Shown here one piece after another: positions 31,705 through 41,323 of a stretch of DNA of 64,000 bases. The notes below the pieces were generated by a model. It had not been told where the DNA came from and made no database searches. It worked only from the letters and a program-made list of their open reading frames with translations. Within the stretch, counting starts at the first letter, position 1; each line of letters opens with the position of its first letter. Source of the DNA: Acidobacteriota bacterium (lineage in GTDB: Bacteria > Acidobacteriota > Blastocatellia > UBA7656); the NCBI GenBank assembly GCA_016201275.1, contig JACQDB010000106.1:11752-75751 (forward strand), read 5' to 3'. Position numbers and translations under genes: made by a program.

Positions 31705-33975
31705 ATGCTTGATGAAGACAAGACCAAAGAGGAATTGATTGACGAACTGCAGCGCACGCGCCGGCATCTCGATGAAGTGCAGGCCGCGCAATTGGCGGCG
31801 CGCAGCAGTGCGGCGGGAAGCTTGCAGAATCGCCACAATGGCAAGCTGGCCGCAGCGGCGTTGCAGGAAAGCGAGGCGACTTTACGCAGCCTCTATAACA
31901 GCGCTTCGATGCTGATGGGCGTTGTCGAACTGCACGACAACGATGTGCTGCACATCTCGGTCAATCAGGCGACGATCAATTTTTTTGGCCTCGCGCCGGA
32001 AGCCATAATCGGAAAACTGGCCAGTCAATTGGGCGCTTCGGAAAACCTGTCGCGCCTCTGGATTGCGGCCTATCGCGAGAGCGAACGCAGCGGCGAACCT
32101 TTCCGTTTTGAATATCAACTGCAAGGGCGCAAAGGCGAGCGCCTTTTAGCCGCCACGGTTTCGCACATCGGCGAGATTGCCGCCGGACACAATCGCTTCT
32201 GTTACATCATCGAAGACATTACCGAACGTCGGCGCATCGCCGAAGCGGCCAGCGAAAGCGAAGCGCGCTATCGTCATCTGGTCAACAATGCCGGTGATAT
32301 TATTTACAAGACCGATGCCAACGGCAAAATCACCTTGTTCAATCCTACGGCGACGCGCATTTTGGGATACAGCGAAGCGGAGTTATTGGGACGCCATTAT
32401 CTGGATGTCGTACACCCGGATTACCGCCAGACAGAGGAACAATTTTACAGCAGGCAATTCGTCAAGCGCCTTTCGGAGACCCATCTGGAATTTCCGGCGC
32501 TGGCCAAAGACGGCAGCATCATCTGGCTGGAACAAAGTGTGCGGCTGGTGTTGCAGGGCGATGAAGTCATCGGCTTTGATGCCATTGCCCGCGATATTAG
32601 CAAACGCAAAGAAGCCGAAGAGGCCATGCGAAGAGCGGAAGCGCAAGTTCGTACTCTGGTGGAAAACGCCAGAGATGTGATTGCGCGATTCGATAGAGAG
32701 CGGCGGTATCTGTACGTCAATCCGGCGGTGACGCACTATTCGCAGCGCCCCCCGGCAAGCTTCATCGGCAAGCGTTTCGGCGATTCCGGTATGCCCACAG
32801 CGCAAGTCGCCTTGTGGAACGCCGCGCATCAACAAGTCTGCGACACCGGCAAAGAGACCGAGGTCGAGTTCATGCTGCCGACCGCAAAAGGGAATCTGTA
32901 TCGTCTGGCATATATGGTGCCGGAATTCGGCGCGGATGGCGCGGTGCAATCGGTGCTGGTGGTGACGCGCGACATCAGCGAACGCAAATACACCGAAGAG
33001 CGTTTGCGCGCCAGCGAAGCGCGCACTCGCGCCATCCTCAATGCCATTCCCGATATTATTTTTCGCATCACCCAAGACGGCACCATCGTGGATTATAAAG
33101 CCCATAACGAATCCCGCCAGTTGGGCGCGCCACGCAACTTCATAGGGAAAAAGTTAAGCGCGGTTTTCCCTCCGGCAATTGTCGAAATACGTATGTAGCA
33201 CATTCAACAGGCGCTGGAAAGCGGCGAGACTATCGTCTCCGAATTTCAGTTTGCGGTCGGCGAAACCAGCAAAGAATACGAAGCGCGCACCGTCGCCAGC
33301 GGCAGCGCTGAGGTGGTCACGATTTTACGCGATGTCACCGAACGCAAACGCGAAGAGCGCGCCCGCAAAGCCAGCGAAGAACGCTTTGCGCGCATCTTTC
33401 AAGCCAGTCCACTGCCCATGAATATTCGCTACCTTGATGATGGGCGCTTCGTGGCTGCCAACGCCGCTTACTTGCGCGCTGTCGGCTGCACGTTCGAAGC
33501 ATTGCAGGGGCGCACACCCGTCGAGATTGGGGCTTGGGTGCAGGCGGCGGACTATGAGCATTTCATGAATCTGGTCAGAGAAGGCAACACCGTGCGCGAT
33601 TATGAAGCGCGGTTACGCACCAAGACCAGTCGCCAGGTGGTAGCGTTGTTGACCGCTGAAATCCTTGAAGAAAACGGGCGGCAATGCGTGCTGGTTATCA
33701 CTATGGACATCAGCCGCCGCAAACAGGCAGAGGCCGAACGCGAACAATTAATCACGCAATTTCAAGAAGCGCTGGCAAAAGTCAAACAGTTGAGCGGCTT
33801 GCTGCCGATCTGCGCCTCTTGCAAAAAGATTCGCGACGATCACGGCTACTGGAATCAGATTGAAGAATATATCAGCGAACATTCCGAAGCCGAGTTCTCG
33901 CACAGCGTCTGTCCCAATTGTATGGAACTACTCTATGGCGATATCTTACGCAAGAAGCAGCGCGAGGCGGAATAA
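31705..33975 (+). pseudogene. multi-PAS sensor protein with C-terminal 4-Cys domain, interrupted by one in-frame TAG (33196-33198)
   Basis: ORFs 31705-33198 and 33313-33975 are in the same frame. The codons between them (HIQQALESGETIVSEFQFAVGETSKEYEARTVASGSAE) complete the PAS domain that the TAG cuts. DITERK/DVTERK-type PAS boundaries recur. Confidence 0.7.
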
Positions 33976-34240
33976 CTTCAAGCCATCTGATTGGTCGCCT
34001 AGCGTCGCCTCAGGCCAACCCTCTTTGGGCCGCTGAACTCGCCACACGAAGAGCGCTTGGTGGCAAAGAAAAGCCTGAAAAACCGGCGTATTTCATTAGG
34101 TGGGTGGCGAACCCGAAATCCACGTATTTATTTACGACGGCGTTTCCCAGTATGCAAAACGGAACCTCTGCTAGACCGCAATCCGCGCCGACTGCTATGC
34201 TCAAGCGAACGAATAATGCTTGCGTGAAGGAGTAAATCTG

Positions 34241-35023
34241 ATGCCAACGACTTACGAATACCTGCTCGTAGAAACCCATGACGCCATCGCTCGCGTGACG
34301 TTGAATCGCCCGGAAAAACGCAACTCTCTATCGCTGGCGTTGATGCGCGAAGTGAACGCCTGTTTGAAAGAGATCGGCAATTCGCCGGATATCCGCGCCG
34401 TCATTGTGGCGGCGGCGGGGGCGGTCTTTTCTGCCGGTCACGATCTGAGCGAGATGATGAATCGCAGCCTCAATGAGTATCGGCAAATCTTTGACACCTG
34501 TGTAGAGATGATGGCGACGATGCAAAGCATACCGCAGCCGGTGATTGCCCAGGTGCAGGGGCTGGCCACCGCCGCCGGTTGTCAATTGGTGGCGACCTGC
34601 GATTTGGCCATCGCCGCCGAAGAAGCGAAATTCGCCACTCCGGGAGTTCGCATAGGATTGTTTTGCAGCACCCCTATGGTGGCCTTGACGCGCAGCATCG
34701 GACGCAAACGAGCGCTGGAAATGTTGCTGACCGGGCGCGCTATTGAGGCGCGCACGGCGATGGACTGGGGCTTGATTAATCGGGTTGTGCCTGCCGCGCA
34801 ATTGTCAGAGGAAACCTTTGCTCTCGCTCGCCAGATTGTCGAAGCCAGCCCTTTGATCCTGGGGTTGGGCAAACAGGCGTTCTACGCGCAGATAGATTTA
34901 GATCAACAGAAAGCTTATGCCTACACCAAAGAGATCATGAGCATGAACGCTATGGCCGAAGACGCGCACGAAGGCATGAGCGCCTTTTTAGAAAAACGCG
35001 CCGCGTGCTGGCGCGGACGCTAG
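34241..35023 (+). CDS. enoyl-CoA hydratase/isomerase family protein
   Basis: The ATG at 34241 follows a GAAGGAG SD. Contains RVTLNRPEKRNSL, FSAGHDLSEM and ATPGVRIGLF. Confidence 0.9.
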   Translation: MPTTYEYLLVETHDAIARVTLNRPEKRNSLSLALMREVNACLKEIGNSPDIRAVIVAAAGAVFSAGHDLSEMMNRSLNEYRQIFDTCVEMMATMQSIPQPVIAQVQGLATAAGCQLVATCDLAIAAEEAKFATPGVRIGLFCSTPMVALTRSIGRKRALEMLLTGRAIEARTAMDWGLINRVVPAAQLSEETFALARQIVEASPLILGLGKQAFYAQIDLDQQKAYAYTKEIMSMNAMAEDAHEGMSAFLEKRAACWRGR

Positions 35024-35146
35024 AGCGGTTTTGGTTTGAGATTACGGAAACCTCAAACCCGTTGAGCGGCGGTCGAATATCTTCGCACGGTTGAAGACCG
35101 CTGCTCAACGATAGGGGGGCAGTACACACATATGAAAACCGCTCTA
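35021..35146 (+). mobile_element. MITE-like element, 127-bp family, copy C
   Basis: It has the same termini and internal hairpins as copy A. Its first three nt (TAG) are the stop codon of the preceding CDS. Confidence 0.75.
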
Positions 35147-35191
35147 GCGAATGATCTTTGACGATTCGCGCACCTTTGAAAGGAGTACATC

Positions 35192-36250
35192 ATGAAAATT
35201 ACCACTTTGATTATGTTGCTGGTCTGGGTCGGCATATCAAAAACTACCGGCAGCAGCATTGCTCATCCACTAAACCTCAACCGGCAAGCGCCCCAGACGG
35301 TTACGCTGTACCCCCCGGTGGACAAAGCGACCGGTCGGGATGATGAAACAAGATCGTGTTTCAGTTTCAAGCACGGCAGAAACGGTTTACCGAAATCAAA
35401 TGATTGGGATTTGGCCTACGGCTATGCTCGCATCGGTGGTGAAGACTGGCTGCGGGTTGGCACTTCTACGTCCGACCGGCGCAGCGTCATGAAAGAGTTG
35501 GGCGACTACGACTGGGCGGATTCTTTCACCGTGCCAGCGCTTATGCCTTTGCCGGAACTGCAAGCAGGCGAGCAGCGCCACATCACCGTAGATACCTCCG
35601 GCGATACGTTCAAGGAATGGGCTGAGACAACGCCTATGTTCGTGAAGGCGAAGCGCGGCACGATGTACCTGATGCGCGTGAAGGACGCGCAGACAGATTT
35701 TTATGTTTTATTTCGGGTAGAGGATTTACAGCAGGCCGAACGCTGCACCATCAGTTGGAAGCGCATTCCTGCGCCAAAGGAAGAGAGCCTCAGCCTGCGC
35801 GTTGCGCCACCGCCGGACACCAAAGTTGCCAAATTGCTGACGCGGCGAAACGTGAACGGCGAAGACAATTATAGTTATGCAGCGTTCAGTTTCGAGTTTG
35901 GCGGCAACGGGCCAGAAGCGCAAAAGCTTTGTCGCAACGACTGGGATTTACTGTTTGGCAATAGTTCGCTGCCCGATGCGTTTGATGTTTCGATGATAAC
36001 CGATGACCGCAGCCGCATACGCGATCTGGGCAGATTCAAATGGACCGACAAATTTGACATACCGAAGCTTTCTGCTTATGAAGAGCCGGAGCGAGAGGCG
36101 AGCGTCAAAGCGGTCGAAGGGCATTTGTACCTGGTTCACACGCGGGACTCCGACAGCAATCTGTATGCGTTGTTTCGCGTCGAGAAACTGGAGCCGGGAA
36201 CGAGCGTCGAGATTAGTTGGAAAGTGATACCGCCGCCACTACGACCCTGA
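35192..36250 (+). CDS. hypothetical secreted protein with internal two-fold duplication
   Basis: 352 aa with a signal peptide (MKITTLIMLLVWVGIS). The two ~150-aa halves share NDWDL..G, LG.(Y/F).W.D.F..P, YL...(K/R)D...(F/L)Y.LFRVE.L......ISWK.IP.P. Confidence 0.6.
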   Translation: MKITTLIMLLVWVGISKTTGSSIAHPLNLNRQAPQTVTLYPPVDKATGRDDETRSCFSFKHGRNGLPKSNDWDLAYGYARIGGEDWLRVGTSTSDRRSVMKELGDYDWADSFTVPALMPLPELQAGEQRHITVDTSGDTFKEWAETTPMFVKAKRGTMYLMRVKDAQTDFYVLFRVEDLQQAERCTISWKRIPAPKEESLSLRVAPPPDTKVAKLLTRRNVNGEDNYSYAAFSFEFGGNGPEAQKLCRNDWDLLFGNSSLPDAFDVSMITDDRSRIRDLGRFKWTDKFDIPKLSAYEEPEREASVKAVEGHLYLVHTRDSDSNLYALFRVEKLEPGTSVEISWKVIPPPLRP

Positions 36251-36467
36251 GAAACGCTGGCGTCGCTTCAACAACAAGATTGTAAACGTGCTTCGGTTGC
36301 GCGGTTTGGCAGTCGCTGCGGGAAAGGTACGGGCGACCTCTACAGCCTCGCCCGTACCTTTATCTGCAAAGCGCTCTTGTATCAACCCAAGTAGTGATGC
36401 GGTACTGGTGCGACCCTGCCGCTTGAACAACGCTGCGTAGATACTCCGAATCGTGGATGAAATAAGA

Positions 36468-36530
36468 GGAGCGCCTACATCCTTAGTCCGCATGAATTCA
36501 TCATCATACGGACAAGGATGTAGGCGCTCC
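36468..36530. repeat. 63-bp palindrome (17-bp perfect arms)
   Basis: ggagcgcctacatcctt (36468-36484) pairs with aaggatgtaggcgctcc (36514-36530). There is an inner gtccg..cggac stem. Confidence 0.55.
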
Positions 36531-36659
36531 TTTGGTCGTGACCCGGCAAGTCGTGGTGAAATAAACTTGCAGCGCGGGAATAAAAAAACTCCCGGCGGAA
36601 ATTTATAGCTATACCGAATCGGGAGTTTCGGTAAACTGAGTCAAGGAAAACGAGCGACT

Positions 36660-37496
36660 ATGAATTTGAGAATAACAATCTTTCTGGCGATGTGCGTAGC
36701 GGCGTTGTTGACCGCGTCTTTCTATGTTCGCAATCCGGTTTCTCTGGCGGAATCGGCGGCCTGGATGGAGGCCGCGCCCACACCCGCAAACGGTGAAAAA
36801 ACGCCCGTTATTGTTGAATTATTTACCTCCGAAGGGTGTTCCAGTTGTCCGCCTGCCGATGGGTTGTTGAAACAGTTGGAAGACAAACAACCGTTGGTCG
36901 GTGTTGAAATCATTGCCCTCAGCGAACACGTTGATTACTGGAATCGGTTGGGCTGGGCGGATCCTTATTCGTCGGCGCTGTTCAGCCAGCGCCAGAGCGA
37001 CTATGCCAGAGCCTTTGGCCTGAATGACATCTACACGCCGCAGATGGTGGTTGATGGCAGCCTTGAATTTGTCGGCAGCAATGCCACAAGGGCGCGTGAA
37101 GCGTTGATCAAAGCGGCGAGCGCTGCGAAAGCAAGCCTCACGCTTGCGTCTGTCAAAACTTCAGCGAATGAATTTTCGGTGACCATCAACGTAGAGAATA
37201 TGCCACAGATAAAAACCGGCGACAGCGCGGAAGTCTGGCTTGCCATCGCCGAAGGCAATTTAAAGTCTCAGGTGTTGCGCGGCGAAAATTCCGGTCGCCA
37301 ACTGGCGCACACCGCCGTGGTGCGCCAACTCAGCACGTTTGGCGAATGGACTGCCGCGCCACCAATTTTCAAGGCGACGCAGAAGATTACCCTCGAAAAA
37401 AATTGGCGGCAGGAAAACCTCAAACTGGTAGCCTTCGTACAGGAGCGCTTGAGCCGTCGCATCCTCGGAGCCGTTGCCGTAAAATTGAATAGCTGA
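36660..37496 (+). CDS. DUF1223 domain protein (thioredoxin-like, exported)
   Basis: 278 aa with a signal peptide. VIVELFTSEGCSSCPPAD is the hallmark of DUF1223. Confidence 0.8.
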   Translation: MNLRITIFLAMCVAALLTASFYVRNPVSLAESAAWMEAAPTPANGEKTPVIVELFTSEGCSSCPPADGLLKQLEDKQPLVGVEIIALSEHVDYWNRLGWADPYSSALFSQRQSDYARAFGLNDIYTPQMVVDGSLEFVGSNATRAREALIKAASAAKASLTLASVKTSANEFSVTINVENMPQIKTGDSAEVWLAIAEGNLKSQVLRGENSGRQLAHTAVVRQLSTFGEWTAAPPIFKATQKITLEKNWRQENLKLVAFVQERLSRRILGAVAVKLNS

Positions 37497-37604
37497 GGCG
37501 CAGGCGGTTGGGCGGTGAAGAGGGAGCGCACGCCGTCGCTTCTCATCCATCAACGCGCCAATTGCGTAGCGCAACATTGACGGCAGAGGCAGCAGGTAGA
37601 AGGT

Positions 37605-38576
37605 ATGTTGATTAAAAAAACCGACGACATTAAAAGCAGCGAAATCACCGATGAACCGCTCTATTTCAATCGCCGCAATTTTCTTCGCGGCGCGGTGCTT
37701 GCCGCGACCACTACGGCTACCGGCTGGCTCTACAAAAGTCTGACAGCGCAAAGCCAGGTCACGCAGACGACCGATAAAATTGCCACCGTCACGTCACAAT
37801 CAACCGGGCTGTTGCCCAACGACAAACCGAACAGCTTTGAAGAGATTACCCACTACAACAACTTCTACGAGTTTTCGACGAGCAAGCAAGGGGTTGCGCC
37901 CGTCGCGAAAAATTTCGTCTCGCGCCCGTGGAGCGTCGAGGTCACGGGGCTGGCCAACAAACCGAAAACTTTTGACCTCGACGAATTGATCAAACTCGGA
38001 CAACCCGAAGAGCGCATCTATCGGCATCGCTGTGTCGAAGGCTGGTCAATGGTCATCCCTTGGGTCGGCTTTCCGCTGCATAAATTATTGAAAGAGGTCG
38101 AGCCGTTAGCAAACGCGAAGTTTGTTGAATTCGTCACCGTCGTTGATCCGACCCAGATGCCCAATCAACGCGGCACTGAGGTTTTGAGTTGGCCCTATGT
38201 TGAAGGACTCCGAATGGACGAAGCCCTGCACCCGTTGACCCTTCTCGCCACGGGCTTGTACGGGCAGACCTTGTTGCCGCAAAACGGTGCGCCGCTACGT
38301 TTGGTAGTGCCGTGGAAATACGGTTTCAAAGGCGGCAAATCCATCGTCAAAATTCGCTTGGTCGAAACTCAGCCGCGCACGACGTGGAGCAGCGAAAACC
38401 CCAGAGAGTACGGCTTTTATTCCAACGTCAATCCGACGGTTGACCACCCGCGCTGGAGTCAGGCCACCGAACGCCGCATCGGCGAATTCGGCAGGCGCGA
38501 TACCTTGATGTTCAACGGCTATGGCGAACAAGTGGCGAGTCTGTACGAGGGCATGGATTTGCGAAAATTTTTCTAA
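37605..38576 (+). CDS. msrP: protein-methionine-sulfoxide reductase catalytic subunit MsrP (YedY-like molybdoenzyme)
   Basis: 323 aa. It has a Tat-type signal ([15 protein letters not shown]), [20 protein letters not shown] and [15 protein letters not shown]. Confidence 0.9.
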   Translation: MLIKKTDDIKSSEITDEPLYFNRRNFLRGAVLAATTTATGWLYKSLTAQSQVTQTTDKIATVTSQSTGLLPNDKPNSFEEITHYNNFYEFSTSKQGVAPVAKNFVSRPWSVEVTGLANKPKTFDLDELIKLGQPEERIYRHRCVEGWSMVIPWVGFPLHKLLKEVEPLANAKFVEFVTVVDPTQMPNQRGTEVLSWPYVEGLRMDEALHPLTLLATGLYGQTLLPQNGAPLRLVVPWKYGFKGGKSIVKIRLVETQPRTTWSSENPREYGFYSNVNPTVDHPRWSQATERRIGEFGRRDTLMFNGYGEQVASLYEGMDLRKFF

Positions 38577-38778
38577 GCCTTTCCGTGGTGCTACAGGCGG
38601 CAGCCAGAAGTCTTGCCGCCGCTGTCCGGCGCTCGAAGTCCGGCGCTCGAAGTTCGGCAGAGGTTTTCTCTGAGCGCGACACCAAACCGGCTACAGGAGC
38701 CAGTTTCAAGGCAGGCGCAACCATTAGGCAGGTGAACACTGGACGACAGACGAAAGACAGATGGACGGATTGAGAGTT

Positions 38779-39399
38779 ATGAAAGAAGAAATTGGCTTTA
38801 TCAAATTTGTGGTCTTCGTTAATGCTCTGGTGCCGCTGGTGCTGCTCGGCTATGACGCTTATTATCATCGGCTCGGAGCCAACCCGCTGGAATTTTTCAC
38901 TTGGACGACGGGCACCTTGACGCTGGTGTTTCTGTTGATTTCGCTTGCCGTAACGCCCTTGAGAAAAATGCTGGGCTTGCCGTGGATGGTGAAATTGCGG
39001 CGTATGCTGGGACTGTATGCGTTCTTTTATGGGTTTCTACATCTGCTGGCTTTTCTGTGGTTCGACAAATCGTTCAATCTATCGGCAGCCAGCGCTGACG
39101 TTTTCAAGCGCCCGTTCATTGCTGTTGGGATGCTCGGCTTTTTTTTGATGGTGCCGCTCGCCATCACCTCAACCACTGGTTGGGTGAAACGCCTCGGCGG
39201 TAAAAACTGGAATCGCCTGCATAAACTGGCTTATCTGTCAGGCATCGCCGGTGTCATTCATTACTATCTGAAAGTCAAAACCGACACCCGCATTCCGTTG
39301 CTTTTCGGCGCGGTGTTGTTGGGCTTGTTGGTTTATCGCATCCTCAATAAATACGCGCCGCAATGGACGCAACGCCAACCGGCGAGAGCGCAACGCTGA
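38779..39399 (+). CDS. msrQ: MsrQ (YedZ-like haem-binding membrane subunit)
   Basis: It lies directly downstream of msrP. It has about 6 TM helices with conserved His residues (FLHLLAFLWFD, GVIHYYL). An alternative start is at 38761. Confidence 0.85.
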   Translation: MKEEIGFIKFVVFVNALVPLVLLGYDAYYHRLGANPLEFFTWTTGTLTLVFLLISLAVTPLRKMLGLPWMVKLRRMLGLYAFFYGFLHLLAFLWFDKSFNLSAASADVFKRPFIAVGMLGFFLMVPLAITSTTGWVKRLGGKNWNRLHKLAYLSGIAGVIHYYLKVKTDTRIPLLFGAVLLGLLVYRILNKYAPQWTQRQPARAQR

Positions 39400-39439
39400 T
39401 CCAATAGTTTTGCCCAAGGCAGCCTCGCGCCCAAAGTTT

Positions 39440-39670
39440 TCAGCGCAGGCCGCGCAAGGTGTTTTCATCATAATCGCAAATCAAGCGGTCGGGGTCTTGA
39501 GCGTCAAAGGCTTCGCGGTTCAACCAAATCTTGAGGCGTCCCGCCGACTTCTCGCAGATGATTTTATCGCCGTACACAAAATTGCCGGTCAATTGTCCGT
39601 ACTCGTTGAAAATGTACATCGGTATCAAATGACGAATCTCGCTGAATTCCACAATCATTATAGTCACCAT
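39440..39670 (-). CDS. small hypothetical protein (76 aa)
   Basis: ORF only, in a lower-GC patch. No family recognised and no clear SD. Confidence 0.3.
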   Translation of the reverse strand: MVTIMIVEFSEIRHLIPMYIFNEYGQLTGNFVYGDKIICEKSAGRLKIWLNREAFDAQDPDRLICDYDENTLRGLR

Positions 39671-40152
39671 CGGAGAGGGAAAACCCTCGACTTGCAGGCG
39701 AAGACTGTAATCAGTCTTTCACCTGGTGTTAGCGTCAGCACCTATGCCGGACGACCGGCATGGCGCATACAATTTTTCGCCTTCATCTGCATCGGTTGGC
39801 GAAGAGGCTTGCGCCAGGAAGCGCCCTTTACAGGGCAAATCGCTGGGCTTTCAACTTGAAGCCACTGGCCTTTATGGCAGTGAAATATGCACTTTTTTCC
39901 TTTACAGCCTACCTGAGAAAGGCTGGCAAGACAAAGCTTGATTTCAACAACTGGTGTGCTTGACGAAGCGAATTGAGGATGTGCTTTTGCAGGTGAAGGG
40001 AAAAACTTGGTGATGCCGGATTGACAGGCCAACAAGGCTGGTTGTCGGCTTGATGATTGCAGGCAGAATTCAGCACTTGAGGTCAGCGGCGTGCCGACCG
40101 CAAAGCCGTATTGGGCGAGACTGGAAAGCAGGTTGTGGCGACAAGCTTGGCA

Positions 40153-40356
40153 TCAATGATGATCGTGTTGCAACGGTTGGTCATTGAGCCAGCGCAGGGT
40201 TCCGGGAACCAGATTCAATTCCCAGGCGCTCATCTTTTCATTGAACCACTTGCGATAGATGGCAATGTAGCGCTTGCCGTTTTCGATGCCGGTGATGGTC
40301 ATAAACTCCATGATTTCCCCCTGGTTCTCCAAGCGGCGCAGTAGCGCCACAAACAT
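40153..40356 (-). CDS. small hypothetical protein (67 aa)
   Basis: ORF only. It lies 15 nt downstream of the 79-aa ORF on the same strand. Confidence 0.3.
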   Translation of the reverse strand: MFVALLRRLENQGEIMEFMTITGIENGKRYIAIYRKWFNEKMSAWELNLVPGTLRWLNDQPLQHDHH

Positions 40357-40371
40357 TCGGCAAGCCTTGCT

Positions 40372-40611
40372 TCAGGCGGCCTGCTTGACCTGTTCGGGTT
40401 TGAATACATAAAGCGCTTTGGGCTGACGCGCCAACGCGACATAGACTAACGAATCCACCAGACTAATGGCCGAGACCGTGCCGGGGCCGAAACTGGTTTG
40501 CACATTTTGTCCAGGCATCAAGGCACAGATGGTTTCCTTGCTCGAAATTGAATTGCTCATCCGGCAACCCTCCTTTAACTGTTCAAGAATGTCATAACTG
40601 TAAGCCAGCAT
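40372..40611 (-). CDS. small hypothetical protein (79 aa; 62 aa from internal Met)
   Basis: ORF only. A GGAGGG-like sequence precedes the internal Met (MSNSISSKE...). Confidence 0.35.
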   Translation of the reverse strand: MLAYSYDILEQLKEGCRMSNSISSKETICALMPGQNVQTSFGPGTVSAISLVDSLVYVALARQPKALYVFKPEQVKQAA

Positions 40612-41053
40612 GATAATCCTGCGTTGGTTACAAATGAGTTAAGGAAGTCAAAACTTTTTGCAACGATTGCTTCTCCAAAAAACAAACCACAGAAGTTAGC
40701 ATCGCCCCCGTGACCCTAACCCCTGTGGCTTTGTTGTAAACTGCTTCTGTCGCTTCTCTAAGTTTTGCAACAACCAGCATCGCCCCCGTGATCCCGATTG
40801 TTGCTTATCTATCGAGTTACGTTGATGTATAGAGCAATGCTCGTGCCATCGCCTCAAGCCCTGTTTGGGTGAGCCTAAGTTGTTAAAAACAAATACCGCC
40901 CCTCGTGCCTACCTAAATCGGGGTAACAAAATATGGAAAACTGCGACTGACAAAAGGCGTCAATTCTGCGGTTGCCATAACCTGATTGTGGAAGTGAGAA
41001 AAAGCTCACCGAAAGAAGACAGTGGGGACGGCATTGAAAGGTTGACGGAGCCA

Positions 41054-41323
41054 TTACGCCAGACGAATCATGTGGAAGTTATCGAGGCGGTCAACGAAGG
41101 CTAGAAGTGACATTCGCGCCTGCGCTTCGCTAACCTCGAAGCGTTCGCAGGTCAGCATCACCAGGTCATCGAGCGACACCGACTGCACTTCTTCAAGCAG
41201 TTTCCACAAATGCGCGCCGGTGCGGTTGAGCGTGAAGTAGAGCAGGGTGTCAAGATTCAACAGCACTCCCGTGCCATCATCAAGTGGCGTGAAGACTGTG
41301 GCGGCGGCTTTGTGAATCACCAT
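41054..41323 (-). CDS. PqqD-family protein (RiPP recognition element-like)
   Basis: VFTPLDDGTGVLLNLDTLLYFTLNRTGAHLWKLLEEVQSVSLDDLVMLTCERFEVSEAQARMSLLAFVDRLDNFHMI follows the PqqD/RRE pattern (x-LN-x-T-x-x-x-W-x-L...FL-x-L). The start is either the ATG at 41323 or the TTG at 41350. Confidence 0.7.
   Translation of the reverse strand: MVIHKAAATVFTPLDDGTGVLLNLDTLLYFTLNRTGAHLWKLLEEVQSVSLDDLVMLTCERFEVSEAQARMSLLAFVDRLDNFHMIRLA

Noticed and set aside
33196-33198. Programmed recoding (pyrrolysine or readthrough) at the in-frame TAG of the PAS gene.
   Set aside because: TAG terminates several ordinary genes in the window. No pyl genes or recoding signals are visible. A nonsense mutation or sequencing error is more economical.
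36239-36493. 84-aa ORF considered as a recombinase or transposase fragment next to the palindromes.
   Set aside because: It has no recognisable recombinase motifs. It overlaps the end of the upstream gene and runs through hairpin repeats. It is probably non-coding.
40913-40978. The 21-aa ORF as a PqqA precursor.
   Set aside because: The length and its position next to a PqqD-like gene are suggestive. However, it lacks the conserved E-x-x-x-Y motif of PqqA, and no pqqB/C/E genes are present. It is kept only as a generic candidate peptide.
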